From: Mustelus asterias
Lineage: Eukaryota
Direction: 5' to 3'
DNA: 64,000 nt
Assembly (NCBI RefSeq): GCF_964213995.1
Contig: NW_027590185.1
Location: 1 to 64,000, forward strand
Below, one piece after another: positions 1 to 12,887 of this stretch; positions within the stretch are counted from its first letter, which is position 1; the number at the start of each line of letters is the position of its first letter. The position numbers were made by a program, and so were the translations under genes. Under the pieces are notes generated by a model. It did no database searches, was not told the DNA's origin, and saw nothing but the letters and a program-made list of their open reading frames with translations.

Positions 1-443
1 CTTCTGGGCAAGTTGTGACCTGAAAAACCCGCTCCAAACCGCTCGACTTAACCTAATTGCATTACTTTAGCGTTCGGCCTTTTTCCCGTCTCACTTTTTA
101 CCCATTCACAGACAATACAGTATTCGCAGCGCGCTTTTGCATGCAAAAATTCTGCTCTTCGGATCAGACTCAGTCTCTCAAAATTTTTACACAATTTGGT
201 TTTACCTGTGCAGGATATCTTTTTGGGTTGGGGAGATCCAGGACCAGCAGAGAGCCGGGCGCACCGGGCCTCGAGAAAACCCCTTTCTGACAACAAGGAT
301 TTACATGCATGCAAGTCTGCTTACCTTGTTGACAGAAGGCCGGCTGGGGACCTCTCGGTTCCGGTTGGACCACCGTCTCCGCCACTCCTTCCAGATGCTT
401 TTCTGGGCGATCTCTCACCAACCCTGCTAAGCAGCGCCAATTT
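1..443 (-). mobile_element. ERV/LTR-element internal leader with primer-binding site (PBS at 422-439); element continues off the left edge
   Basis: Minus strand reads TGGCGCTGCTTAGCAGGG 4 nt inside an LTR end (..CA), resembling the complement of a tRNA-Ser 3' end (imperfect match). Confidence 0.65.
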
Positions 444-1258
444 TGTCGTGGTTCCCCAGGACGACAATTCGTTCACATCGGTTTAAAACAGAGAGTCTGA
501 GCAGCGATCTTCCAAGCAATAGACTTTATTTCTCAGCACAAGCGATAAAGTCGGGAACGTCCGGAACACTCCAAAGAGCCCTTGGGCTTACAATCTTTTA
601 TGTACATTTCAGCCTCATATCTCAAGATCCTTATCTCCCTTTTACAGCCTGTCCTTGGTCGTTATCTTACCCTACAGCCCGATCTTTCTTTGGCCACCAT
701 TATTTTTAGTTGACTCTTTATCTGTTTTCTTTTCAATTGGTCGTTCCCTGTTATATCTCTTCGTTTCTTAAACCATGGTGGTTATAACTCTTGCTCTTAT
801 CTGAACTTTTCTGTTTGTACAATAATCGTGGTTTTGCAGGCTAAGGCCGAATGTGTTTAGAAGAAAAGATATCCCCTCTGCTGATTTATGGTCCACTAAT
901 GTGTTTAGAAGAAAAGACATTCTCTCTGCTGACTTATGGTCCACTAATGTGTTTAGAAGAAAAGACATTCTCTCTGCTGGTTTATGGTCCACTATTAAGT
1001 TGAACCACCGAGCAGTCTTCCTTGTTTTCCCAGGTGGCTATTGTTTGCTTTCCTTAATTAGTGATTGCTATATTACTTCTCTAGTTCCTCTAGTTCCTCC
1101 ACTTTGATCATATCGACTACACTTGATTATATTAGGTCGGTCACACGAGGTTACTTTAGGTTATATACCCATCTCACTACTCACCTAAATCTGCTATATC
1201 ATTTTACTAAAACCTGTGAATCTGAATTTCATACCTCGCTCATACAATTTCCCTTACA
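444..1258 (-). mobile_element. 5' LTR of an ERV-like element (~815 bp), inserted into an old CR1 fragment
   Basis: Minus strand TGTAAGGG...GACA termini, AATAAA near 525-530, internal direct repeats, adjacent PBS. CR1 sequence resumes at 1259. Confidence 0.7.
850..993. repeat. 3 x 48-bp tandem repeat within the LTR U3-like region
   Basis: aatgtgtttagaagaaaaga..ctctgct..ttatggtccact at 850, 898 and 946. Confidence 0.95.
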
Positions 1259-1406
1259 CACCCTGGGGAATTTCCTCTGCACCTTCTCCAGTGCAATTAC
1301 ATCCTTCCTCTCGTGTGGCAACCAGAACTGCACACAGTACTCCAGCTGTGGCCTATCCAGTGTTTTATACAGCTCCATCATAACCTCCCTGCCCTTATAT
1401 TCAATG

Positions 1407-1749
1407 ATGTGGAGATGCCGGCGTTGGACTGGGGTGAACACAGTAAGAGTTTTAACAACAACAGGTTTATTTGGTAGCCAATGCCATTAGTTTCAGAGTG
1501 CTGCTCCTTCGTCAGATGGAGTGGATATCTGCTCTCAAACAGGGCCATGATGTGGAGATGCCGGCGTTGGACTGGGGTGAACACAGTAAGAAGTCTCACA
1601 ACACCAGGTTAAAGTCCAACAGGTTTATTTGGTAGCAAATACCATAAACTTTTGGAACGCTGCTCCTTCGTCAGATGGAATGGAAACAGGGCACAGAGGC
1701 ACAAAATCAAGTTACAGAATACTGATTAGAATGTGAATCTCTACAGCCA
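1407..1749 (-). mobile_element. Penelope-like element terminal repeat, partial tandem of two copies
   Basis: atgatgtggagatgccggcgttggactgggg occurs twice (about 1404 and 1547), the same terminus as the GIY-YIG element at 2869-3486. Flanked by duplicated tatattcaatg (1396-1406, 1750-1760). Confidence 0.8.
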
Positions 1750-1999
1750 TATATTCAATGCCTTGGTTAATAAAGGCAAGTATTCCATGTGCCTTCTGAA
1801 CCACCTTATGTAACTGTCCTACTGTCTTCAGAGATCTATGGACATTCACACCAAGGTCCCTCTGATCCTCTGTACTTCCTAGGATCTGACCATTCATTGT
1901 GCATTCCGTTACCTTGCTCGTCCTCCAAAAATTAACTAAACTTTTCAGGGTCGAATTCCACTTGCCACTATTCTGCCCATTTAACTAAAGTTTTAAGGT

Positions 2000-2290
2000 T
2001 TATTTACCAGTGTCACAAGTAGGCTTACATTAACACTGCAGTGAAGTTACTGTGAAAATCCCTGAGTCGCCACACTCCAGCGCCTGTTTGGGTACACTGA
2101 GGGAGAATTTAGCATGACCACTGCACCTAATCAACACGGCTTTTGGACTGTGGGAGGAAACCGGAGCACACGGAGGAAACCCACGCAGACATGGGGAGAA
2201 TGTGCAGACTCCACACAGAGGGTGACCCAAGCCGGGAATCAAACTTGGGTCCCGGGCACTGTGAGGCAGCAGTGCCTCCGTGCCACCCTG
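2000..2290 (-). mobile_element. tRNA-derived SINE (HE1/V-SINE-like)
   Basis: Core gtggagtctgcacattctccccatgtctgcgtgggtttcctcc on the minus strand, with a tRNA-like head. Confidence 0.85.
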
Positions 2291-2868
2291 TCGATATCAT
2301 CCTGTCATCTAAGGCTTTGCTCCTCGGTTTTTAGCACATCATCAATTTTTGTGTCATCTGCAAACTTACTTATCATACCTTCTATATTCACCTCCAGATC
2401 ATTAACGTACACTCCAAGTAACAAACAACCCAGCACCAATCCCTGCGGAACATCACTAAACACAGGCATCCTGTCACAAACACAATTTTGAGTCCAGTTT
2501 GGCAAATTGCCCTGGATCCCATGGGCTTTTACCTTCTTCGTCAGCCTCCCATGTCAAAAGCCTTAATGAAGTCCATGTTGACGACATCAACTGAACTCCC
2601 CTCATCTGCACACCGAGTCACCTCCTCAAAAATTCAACCAGGTTTGTAAGGCATGATCTCTCTTTGCCAAAACCATGCTGCCCATCCTTGATTAATCCTT
2701 ACCTCCCCAAGTGGAAATTAATTCTGTCCCCCAGAATTTTTTCCAATCGTTTCCCTATTGCTGAATTTAGACTCACTGGCCAGTAATTTGTTGTTTTTTT
2801 CCCTACTTCTCTTCTTGACTAGTGGTACCATATCAGTTGTCCTCCAGTCCTCTGGCACCGCTCCTGTC

Positions 2869-3486
2869 CCGAGGCAGATACATTAGGGAGACCATGCAGA
2901 CGCTACGACAACGAATGAATGAACACCGCTCGACAATCACCAGGCAGGAGTGTACCCTTAAGTTGAGAAACACTTCAGCAGTCACGGGCATTCAGCCTCT
3001 GATCTTCGGGTAAGCGTTCTCCAAGGCGGCCTTCATGACACATAACAACGCAGAATCGCTGAGCAGAAACTGATCGCCAAGTTCCACACACATGAGGATG
3101 ACCTCAACCGGGATCTTGGGTTCATGTCACACTATCTGTAACCCCCACGACTTGCCTGGGCTTGCAAAATCTCACTAACTGTCCTGGCTGGAGACAATAC
3201 ACATCTCTTTAACCTGTGCTTGGCCCTCTCTCCACTCACATTGTCTGTACCTTTAAGACTTGATTACCTGTAAAGACTCGCATTCCAACCATTATTTTGT
3301 AAATTGAGTTTGTGTCTTGATTAATATGCCCTGTTTGTGAACAGAACTCCCATTCACCTGATTAAGGGACAGCGCTCTGAAAGCTAGTGGCTTGTGCTAC
3401 CAAATAAACCTGTTGGACTTTAACCTGGTGTTCTGAGACTTCTTACTGTGTTTACCCCAGTCCAACGTCAGCATCTCCACATCATA
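2869..3486 (+). mobile_element. Penelope-like element 3' part: GIY-YIG endonuclease relic plus terminal repeat
   Basis: Translates YIRETMQTLRQRMNEHRS...LQGGLHD..RRIAEQKLIAKFHTHEDDLNRDLGF, typical of the PLE endonuclease C-terminus. Contains a frameshift and a stop. Confidence 0.85.
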
Positions 3487-3549
3487 ACTGAAGCATAACA
3501 TCCTCTTTCCTATGTTCAATTTCCCTCGTAATAAAGGACAGCATTCCAT

Positions 3550-6500
3550 TTGTAAAAACTTTGATTTATTTAAATGAAGATTTATAGGGTTCACTTGTTT
3601 ACAATAACCTCCCTAATCGTAAATCACACCAGGTTCCAGTGACTTAACCAAATGGCAAGAAAGAACGCTTTAAATGGTGAATTCAGAAAGTTTATTAATG
3701 ATTAAAAATTTAACAAGAGAGAAGGATGAAAAAAGCAAAGAATCTATTACCAGTAAAAGGAGAAAGCTTAACTTAAACAATTGAACAAACTTCTCTCCAT
3801 CCTTCTCAGACCAGGGCAAAAAGTGACCGCTCCAAAAACATGGATAACTTGTAAAATCAACAGCTTTCAACACCTCTCTGTCGGGCACAGTGGTTAGCAC
3901 TGCTGCCTCACAGCGCCAGGGACCCGGCTTGGGTCACTGTCTGTGCAGGGTCTGCATATTCTCCCCCAGTCTGTGTGGGTTTTCTCCCACAGACCGAAGG
4001 ACTTGCTGGTTAGGTACATTGAGCATGCTGAATTCTCCCTCAGTTTACCCTAACAGGCGCCAGAGTGTGGTGACTGGGGGATTTTCAGAGTAACTTCATT
4101 GCAGTGTGAATGTGTGACACGAATAAATAAACTTTAAAAAACCATGAACTTTTAAAAACTTCAACCAAATTGGTTTCTTGAATCCCCTTTTTTATACTTT
4201 CAAAATGTAGAAAGCCCAGCTCAGCCAATTGTTGGGAATTAGCCAATTGGTCGATAACTTGTCAATAATGAAACTGGTTTGGTTTTTAGCTAGTTACACA
4301 CATTGTCTGAATTTTAAGACAATTCTTTCTCTCAAACGATATCTCTTAGCTTGGGGTAGCCTGAGTGTTGACCAATAATTGGTGAACATCAGTCATTCAA
4401 TGTTGAGACATCTTGAACAGGAACTGATTCATTCCCTCCAGTCAAGGTTAAGAAAGTATTAAAGTTTATTTATTAGTGTCACCAGTAGGCTTACGTTAAC
4501 ACTGCAATGAAGTTACTGTGAAAATCCCTTAGTTGCCACACTCTGGCGTCTGATCGGATACACTGATTGAGAATTTAACATGGCTAATGCACCTAACCAG
4601 CACGTCTTTCGGACTGTGGGAGGAAACTGGAGCACCCGGAGGAAACCCACGCAGACACGGGGGAGAACGTGCAGACTCCTCATAGTCACCCAAGCCGGGA
4701 ATCGAGTCCAGGTCACTGGCACTGTGACGCAGCAGTGCTAACCACTGTGGCACCGTGCCACGCTAACAAGTCTTGTTATCTGTTTTTTTCTATTCTGTTG
4801 CTGCCAGAAGGTAACATTTTATAATTCCCACAGAATTTTAAACATTCTTTATATCTTTATAATTCTAAACGTTATAAACTTTTGTGTTCAAATTTACATT
4901 TCGAGCCTAACAACTGTATTAATGAATCATTTATTCTTCAATTGTCACACAATTCAGGCTGTCCATTTAACTAATCTCCTGCTTTACAATTGTGGGAACT
5001 TCATTCCACAAATAAGGTAGTCAAATGTGTTGTTAAAAGCAGGATGTTCTTTATATAAATAAATAACAACGTTTAAAAATCATTGGCAAACAAAAGGAAA
5101 CAGGAGCATTGGAACCAGCCTGGACTTGCAGACTGAAACCCCGCCCAAAGCCCGCACGTGCTCAGAAGGGAGAGAGGTTGTGAAGAACACTCTGGAACAC
5201 TTCTCCTCTCCTTAAATTTCAATCCCCCATCAGGACAGAAATACAACAAAGTAATGTCTTTAACAATACGGAAGCCTGTCAGGAGCTTTGTGGTTGCATT
5301 GCAACCTGTACAATACCACTGGTAAATCTTGTAATGGTGTTTCTGGAATGGGAGGTGAAGAGGTAGTTTGAGAATCTGTACATGAACATTCCTCTTCCAC
5401 TCCCACAGCAGAGTCAACTGGCAAAGCTGGAACCATTTCCTGGTGATCTGTGCTTCCAACCATTATCAATGCACATTTACAACGACCCCTCAAAGGCCAC
5501 ATTGAGTCTGGACCACGGCCTATCAGGCCACTCCTAAGGATGAAGTGGGAATGTACCCAGTGTGTTGTGCCTGATTCAATCGACAAACAATTTATTGAGT
5601 TACGCCAGCGGGGAGAAGCCACAGGGGCTGACCATGTGCAACTCCACCCAACAAAGAATATCATCAATTCTTATCCAGTTACTCAGCGCATCAGAATGGT
5701 GATAGATTACATGCATTATAGGTTCAATAAAATTAGTATCTGGGCATTATGGGGCTTTGTGATCATCTCATGGACAGGTGCCCCCATCATGATGCTTTCC
5801 AGACCCCCCTTGGTGGGGTCTTTCTTGGGCTTTCTTTGTACATAGACTCCCTTAGTGAGAAATGGGGTGGATTAAAAGTTCTCAAATGGACGTCAGCACT
5901 CTTCCTTTGTTTTAATCGAATGACCACATGGTCTGGGAACATTTCTATTTAACACTCTCTCTTTTTAAACTCTTTTCTTCAGTATCCAATTCCAGAATTT
6001 TCCCTTTCTTTGTGTTACTTGCGTCAGGAATAAATCTTTGGACCTGACAGGAAGTTTAACCCAAGATCAATCCAACACAGGATTGGTCAGAATCATTTCA
6101 CATGTGTCAAATTTTAAATAACCATTACAAATTAAAACTCTCATTCTCACATGGGTGAATTGTATCCGGATTAAAATTCCCACATGTTTAGTAAAATATC
6201 CTGGAATCCTGTCTCTGGCCAGTAAATATGGCTCCAGGTTCACAACTTCAGAACAAAAAAAGTTTTATTGATCACACTTCCTTTGTTAAAAATCTGTTTG
6301 ATTTAAATCACAGACAGAAAACCTCAAAGCTTGAAGCATTCAACACACAAATATCATCCATACACAAACAGAGAAACTTAGCATGTGCTTTACAACAACA
6401 ATAACCAAAATTAATTACTTAAGCGTTCTTGTGATCCTGTTTTTAAACTTCCAAAAATGCCTTTAATTAAAGACTCAAGGTAAGGTTAATTCTCCAGAAA

Positions 6501-6572
6501 GATAAACCTTAACAAATGTAGCCCAAAACAATGATAAAACACATCGACAAACATCCACAAAAAACAAATGAA
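3550..6572 (-). mobile_element. Composite LTR-element relic (copy 1 of 3) with two nested SINEs (about 3882-4135 +, 4462-4765 -)
   Basis: Begins TGTAA inside a CR1 fragment. Homologous to 21322-24341 and 49432-52473 up to about 5445. Contains a purine tract followed by TG and a KAPDRL motif on the minus strand. Confidence 0.5.
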
Positions 6573-6576
6573 ACAC

Positions 6577-7216
6577 ACAGGTGGAAAAAGTGGTGAAGAA
6601 GGCATATGGCATGCTTGCCTTTATTGGACGGGGCAGAGTATAAAAGTTGGCATATGATGTTGCAGTTATATAGAACGTTGGTTCGGCCACATTTGGAATA
6701 CTGCGTCCAGTTCCGGTCGCCACACTACCAGAAGGATGTGGAGGCTTTGGAGAGAGTGCAGAGGAGGTTTACCAGGATGTTGCCTGGTATGGAGGGTATT
6801 CGCTATGAGGAGAGATTGGGTAAACTAGGGTTGTTCTCACTGGAAAGACGGAGGTTGAGGGGCGACCTAATAGAAGTTTATAAAATTATGAAGGGCATAG
6901 ATAGGGTGAACAGTTGGAAGCTTTTTCCCAGGTCAGAAATGACAAACACAAGGGGTCACAAGTTCAAGGTAAGGGGGGCAAGGTTCAATACAGATATGCG
7001 GGGGACGTATTTTACACAGAGGGTGGTGGGAGCCTGGAATGCACTGCCAAGCAAGGTGGTTGAGGCAGACATGCTAGGATCATTTAAAACTTATCTAGAT
7101 AGCCACATGAACAGACTAGGAATAGAGGGATACAAACGGATGGTCGAGCGAGGAACACATGATCGGTGCAGGCTTGGAGGGCCGAAGGGCCTGTTCCTGT
7201 GCTGTATTGTTCTTTG
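6577..7216 (+). mobile_element. 5'-truncated CR1 (HER1-like) 3' end
   Basis: LYRTLVRPHLEYCVQF...FTQRVVGAWNALP, followed by a 3' tail ending ttgttctttg. Confidence 0.92.
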
Positions 7217-7737
7217 TACACATTCCAGACTTTCACTCGACTGTAGGTGGATATCAGATTGAAATATTCCATTCAACCACACCCAAGGTGAGTTACTCCA
7301 ATTCCTTTTTTGTCCAGGACAATATATTCACAATATCTTTAAAACAGAAATTAAACATTCCCATTTGATTTCAGACAGGAACATATTCTGTTAGTTTGTT
7401 CTTTAGTGTCAATGTCAGGCTGGGGTTGTTCTCCTTGGAGCAAAGGAGGTTGAGGGGAGATTTGATAGAGGTGGACAAGATTCTGACAGGTTTAGATAAG
7501 GTGGACAAAGAAAAGCTGTTCCCATGAGCTGAAGGGACAAGGATGACAAGGGGACACAGATTTCTTGTTTTGAGTCAGAGATGCAAGGGGGAGAATGGTG
7601 GGGGGGAGATGTGAGGAAGAATATTGTGATGCAGCGAATGGTAATGACCTGAAACCCGCTGCCTACGAGGGTGGAGGAAGTGGAGACAATAAACAATTAA
7701 AAAGGAAATTGGATGGGCATTTGGGGTGTTCCAAACA

Positions 7738-9340
7738 GAACGAAGAACAAAGAAAATTACAGCACAGAAACAAGGCCTTTGGCCCTCCAAGCCTGCAGCA
7801 ACCATGCTGCCCGTCTGAACTAAAACCCCCTACCTTTAAGAACATAAGAAATAGGAGCAGGAGTAGGCCATCAAGCCCCTCGAGCCTGCCCCACCATTCA
7901 ATCAGATCATGGCTGACCTGAAGTGGATCAGTTCCACTTACCCGCCTAATCCCCATAACCCCTAATTCCCTTACCGATCAGGAATCCATCTATCAGTGAT
8001 TTAAACATATTCAACGAGGTAGCCTCCACCACTTCAGTGGGCAGAGAATTCCAGAGATTCACCACCCTCTGAGAAGAAGAAGTTCCTCCTCAACTCTGTC
8101 CTAAACTGACCCCCCTTTATTTTGAGGCTGTGCCCTCTAGTTCTAGCTTCCTTTCTAAGTGGAAAGAATCTCTCCACCTCTACCCTATCCCGCCCCTTCA
8201 TTATCTTATAGGTCTCTATAAGATCCCCCCTCAGCCTTCTAAATTCCAACGAGTACAAACCCAATCTGCTCAGTCTCTCCTCATAATCAACACCCCTCAT
8301 CTCTGGTATCAACCTGGTGAACCTTCTCTGCACTGCCTCCAAGGCCAATATATCCTTCCGCAAATACCTTTCCGGGGACCACATCCCTCTATTCCTATGC
8401 TATTCTTATATTTGTCAAGACACATCTTAAAAGTCACGATCATATCTGCTTCCACTACCTCCCCCGGCAACGGGTTCCAGGCACCCACCACCCTCTGTGT
8501 AAAAAACCTGCCTTGTACATCTCCTTTAAACCTTGCCCCTCGCACCCTAAAACAATGCCCCCTAGTCATTGACTCTTCCACCCTGCGAAAAAGCTTCTGA
8601 TTATCCACTCTGTCCATTCCTCTCATAATCTTGTAGACTTCTATCAGGTCGCCCCCCTCAACCTCCGTCGTTCCAGTGAGAACAAACCAAGTTTCTCCAA
8701 CCTCTCCTCATAGCTAATGCCCTCCACACCAGACAACATCCTGATAAATATTTTCCGTACCCTCTCCAAAGCCTCCATATCCTTCTGGTAGTGTGATGAC
8801 CAGAATTGAACACTAGATTCCAAGTGCGGTCTAACTAAGGTTCTATAAAGCTGCAACATGACTTACCAATTTTTAAACTCAATGCCCCGGCCGATGAAGG
8901 CAAGCATGCCATATGCCTTCTTGATTATCTTCTCCACCTACATTGCCACTTTCAATGACCTGTGTACCTGTACACCCAGATCCCTCTGCCTATGAATATT
9001 CTTGAGGGTTCTGCCATTTAATGTATATTTCCCATCTGTATTAGACCTTCCAAAATGCATTACCTCACATTTGTCCAGATTAAACTTCATCTGCCATCTC
9101 TCCGCCCAAGTCTCCAACTGATCTATATCCTGCTGTATCCTTTGCCGGTCCCCATCGCTATCCGCAATTCCACCAACCTTTGTGTCATCCACAAACTTAC
9201 CAATCAAACCAGTTACATTTTCCTCCAAATCATTTATATATATTACAAACAGCAAAAGTCCCAGCACTGATCGCTGAGGAATGTCACTTGTCACAGCCCT
9301 CCATTCAGAAATGTACCTTTGCACTGCCAACCTCTGTTTT
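7738..9340 (-). mobile_element. 5'-truncated CR1 downstream of ZNF gene 1, shared with 60750-61796
   Basis: RT C-terminal ORFs at 8938-9330, 8644-8859 and 8309-8626. Same 5' junction as the inverted paralog. Confidence 0.92.
7838..8364 (-). mobile_element. Second CR1 3' fragment nested in the 3' UTR of the previous CR1
   Basis: Tail ttcttatgttctta and duplicated taccttt (7831-7837, 8365-8371). The empty site is visible at about 61710-61720. Confidence 0.9.
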
Positions 9341-9581
9341 CTTCTGACTAAATATCTCTAAACTTCCTAACACCCTGTCACTCTGTGATCCTTGTGACAT
9401 TTGAAATCAGGTATTCACAAAAAGACACAAATAGCATCAGCCCACTGGAGGCTGAGACCGGCCAGTCCATCACAAAGAAACCCTCTGACCCTTCCCATTG
9501 ACCAACTGTGAGAATGAACAAAATGCAGTCCTGGATGTAACTGAGAGCAGAAACAATAACAGCAGAATCCAACCCCTGTCA

Positions 9582-10424
9582 TCACTCGTGAACTTGTTGA
9601 TGTCTCAGCAGCCGGGATGAAACGCTGAAACCCTTCCCACACACAGAGCAGGTGAATGGCCACTCCCCAGTGTGAACTTGCTGGTGTCTCCGCAGGTCAG
9701 ATGACTGAGTGAATCCCTTTCCACACTGAGAGCAGGTGAATGGCCTCTCTCCAGTGTGAACTTGCTGGTGTCTCCGCAGGTCAGATGACTGAGTGAATCC
9801 CTTTCCACACTGAGAGCAGGTGAATGGTTTCTCTACAGTGTGAACTCGCTGGTGTGTCTGCAAGTTGGATAACTGAGTGAATCCCTTCTCACACTGTGAG
9901 CAGGTGAACGGCCTCTCCCCAGTGTGAACTCGCTGGTGTGTCAGCAGGCTGGATAACTGAGTGAATCCCTTCCCACACTGGGAGCAGGTGAATGGCCTCT
10001 CCCCAGTGTGAACTCGCTGGTGTGCCCGCAGGTTGGATACCCGAGTGAATCCCTTCCCACACTGAGAGCAGGTGAATGGTCTCTCCCCAGTGTGAACTTG
10101 CTGGTGTCTCTGTAGGTGGGATAACCGAGGGAATCCCTTCCCACACTGAGAGCAGGTGAATGGTTTCTCCCCAGTGTGAACTTGCTGGTGTGTCCGCAGG
10201 CTGGATAACTGAGTGAATCTCTTCCCACACTGAGAGCAGGTGAATGGTTTCTCCCCAGTGTGAACTCGCTGGTGTCTCTGCAGGTCGGATAACTGAATGA
10301 ATCCCTTCCCACATTGAGAGCAGGTGAATGGTCTCTCCCCAGTGTGGATGCGCCGATGAGCTTCCAGCTCTGATGGGGCTCTGTATCCCTTCCCACAGTC
10401 TACACATTTCCATGGTTTCTCCAT
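9582..10424 (-). CDS. C2H2 zinc-finger protein gene 1, 280 aa, 10 fingers, no effector domain
   Basis: ATG at MEKPWKC, ten CxxC-x12-HxxxH units with TGE(R/K)PF linkers. Confidence 0.9.
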   Translation of the reverse strand: MEKPWKCVDCGKGYRAPSELEAHRRIHTGERPFTCSQCGKGFIQLSDLQRHQRVHTGEKPFTCSQCGKRFTQLSSLRTHQQVHTGEKPFTCSQCGKGFPRLSHLQRHQQVHTGERPFTCSQCGKGFTRVSNLRAHQRVHTGERPFTCSQCGKGFTQLSSLLTHQRVHTGERPFTCSQCEKGFTQLSNLQTHQRVHTVEKPFTCSQCGKGFTQSSDLRRHQQVHTGERPFTCSQCGKGFTQSSDLRRHQQVHTGEWPFTCSVCGKGFSVSSRLLRHQQVHE

Positions 10425-10911
10425 GGTGCAGGTGTCCTTACCTCTCTCTTGAGTGGACAATTAGTTGAAACTTCGTCCACACACAGAACAAGATTACAGT
10501 CTCTCCCCGCTGTGAATGGTGTGATATTTATTCAGACTATGTAACTGGTTAAAGCTCTTTAGTCAGTGCATTGGAACACACTCACTCGAGTGTGGCAGTG
10601 TGTTGATGCTTTTTCACTCACACTGACATTTCAAATCTTTTCAAATCGACAGACTGGACAATCATTTCTCCTTCTGGATTCAAAGTCCGATGATATTGAG
10701 GTCGCAAGGAATATGATTCTGTCACGTCGAGACGTGACATTTGCGATTTCAGCCTGTGATTCCTCTTTCAATATCCTGGAAAATGAGTTTACAAAAGTCA
10801 TCAGTGTCAGTACAGGATAGAAATTCAGAACAGACAATTTCTATGGAACATTCTTTCCTCTCTCATTCCCCAAAAGCTGTAAATCTCCATCCCACACACT
10901 CTCTCCCCATT

Positions 10912-11093
10912 CTCAGCAGGTCTGGCAGCATCTGTACGGAGAAAAGAACTGATGTTTCAGAGCTTTGACAAAGGGTCATCTAGACAAGAAACATCAGCTC
11001 TTTTCTCTCCTTACAGATGCTGCCAGACCTGCTGAGATTTTCCACCAATTTCTCTCTTGGTTTCAGATTCCAGCATCCGCAGTAATTTGCTTT
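10912..11093. mobile_element. Short fold-back repeat, probably Penelope-derived; related copies at about 20720-20795, 23765-23940, 41030-41120 and 51900-52070
   Basis: Inverted arms tcagcaggtctggcagcatctgta / tacagatgctgccagacctgctga. Confidence 0.6.
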
Positions 11094-11097
11094 TATA

Positions 11098-11915
11098 AGG
11101 CTGCAGATACCTCCTCCCAAGTAACATGCGTGTGCCCAAGACATCACCACTTGTTTCCCTTATTTCTTTAGCACCCATGGTGCTCTCCGCAGTAAACACA
11201 GAGGAGAAGTATTCATTAAAAATCTCACCCATCTCCTGTGGCTCCACACACAGATGGCCATACTGATTTTTAAGGGGATCTATTCTCTCTCTGTCCACCC
11301 TTTTACTCTTAATATAGCGATAGAACCTCTTGGAATTTTCTTTAATCTTACCTGCCAGATCCATATCAGACCCTCTTTTTGTCCTCCTGATTTCCCTCTT
11401 CAGTATTTTCTTACACTTTTTATAGTCAGAGTGATTCACTTGTCCCCGATTGCCTAAACCCAATGTATGCTTCCTCCTTTTACCTGACCAGAGCCTCAAT
11501 GTCCCTTGTCTGCCAGAGATCCTTAAATTTACCATTCTTTCCCTTCATCTTAACAGGAATATACTGCCCCTGGATTCTTGATATCACACTTTTAAAACCT
11601 CCCATTTGCCAGTCATTCCTTTCCCTTCAAACAAACTCACCGAATCGACATCTGCTCGATCCTGCCTAATGCCCACAAAAGTGGCCCTGCTCCAGTTTAG
11701 GGCCTTGACCTGTGGACCTGTCCTATCTTTTCCAAAACTATTTGAAATTATTGTTGCTCCCAATAGTGCTCCCTGACTGACACTTCAGTCACTTGCTCCA
11801 CCTCATTTCTTAACTGTCTAATAGAAAGTGAGTCCAGGAATTGATAATGAAAAATAAGAAGCTGGGAGATGAATTGAACAAGTATTTTGCCTCGGTGTTC
11901 ACAATAGAGGATACA
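11098..11915 (-). mobile_element. Old CR1 ORF2 middle fragment, with a short plus-strand piece at the right end
   Basis: Minus ORF IKENSKRFYRYIKSKR...FNEYFSSVFT. Confidence 0.8.
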
Positions 11916-11974
11916 GTTAAAACTCAGAAACAGCTGGAAATCAGAATAGTAATTAATAATAATAATGAATAATA

Positions 11975-12252
11975 AAATACAGTGTAGAAGGAGGCCATTC
12001 AGCCCATCGAGCCTGCACCGACAACAATCCCACCCAGGCCCAATCCACATATTTACCTGTTAATCCCCCTGATACCAAGTGACAATTTATCATGGCCAAT
12101 CCGTCTAACCGGCACATCTTTGGACTGTGGAAGGAAACCCACACAGACACGGGGAGAATGTAGAACCTCTGCACAGACAGCGACCTGAGGCTGGAATTGA
12201 ACCCGGGTCCCTGGCGCTGTTAGGCAGCTGCACTAACCACTGTGCCACCGGG
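11975..12252 (-). mobile_element. HE1-like SINE
   Basis: tRNA-like head ggtggcacagtggttagtgc and CR1-derived tail gatgggctgaatggcctccttct. Confidence 0.85.
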
Positions 12253-12326
12253 CCACATGTCAGTGCCATCGCCCGACTCCAGCCCAGTCTCAGCTCATCT
12301 GGAACCCTCACCCATTCCATTGTGAC

Positions 12327-12885
12327 AAAGAACAAAGGACAGTACAGCACAGGAAACAGGCCCTTCGGCCCTCCAAGCCTGTGTCGCTCCATGGTCCAAC
12401 TAGACCAATTGTTTGTATCCCTCCATTCCCAGGCTGCTCATGTGACTATCCAGGTAAGTCTTAAACGATGTCAGCGTGCCTGCCTCCACCACCCTACTTG
12501 GCAGCGCATTCCAGGCCCCCACCACCCACTGTGTAAAAAACGTCCCTCTGATATCTGAGTTATACTTCGCCCCTCTCACCTTGAGCCCGTGACCCCTCGT
12601 GATCGTCACCTCCAACCTGGGAAAAATCTTCCCACTGTTCACCCTATCTATCCCCTTCATAATCTTGTACACCTCTATTAGATCTCCCCTCATTCTCCGT
12701 CTTTCCAGGGAGAACAACCCCAGTTTACCCAATCTCTCCTCATAACTAAGCCCCTCTGTACCAGGCAATATCCTGGTAAACCTCCTCTGTACTCTATCCA
12801 AAGCCTCCACGTCCTTCTGGTAGTGTGGTGACCAGAACTGGGCGCAGTATTCCAAATGCGGCCGAACCAACGTTCTATACAACTC
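12327..12885 (-). mobile_element. 5'-truncated CR1 inserted into the 28-bp minisatellite
   Basis: ORF 12400-12882 is the CR1 RT C-terminus. One minisatellite unit is stranded at about 12304-12326. Confidence 0.92.
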
Positions 12886-12887
12886 TC

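Larger units (their letters stand above)
1259..2868 (-). mobile_element. Decayed CR1 ORF2 fragments interrupted by a Penelope-like relic and a SINE
   Basis: Minus ORFs contain RPQLEYCVQFW, QRDLGVNVHRSLK and VPQG..SKFADDTK. Confidence 0.85.

Noticed and set aside
9582-10460. ORF-track N-terminal extensions on genes 1, 5 and 8, and gene symbols for the ZNFs
   Set aside because: The extensions begin at TTG right after the shared stop; lineage-specific paralogs cannot be assigned orthologous names.
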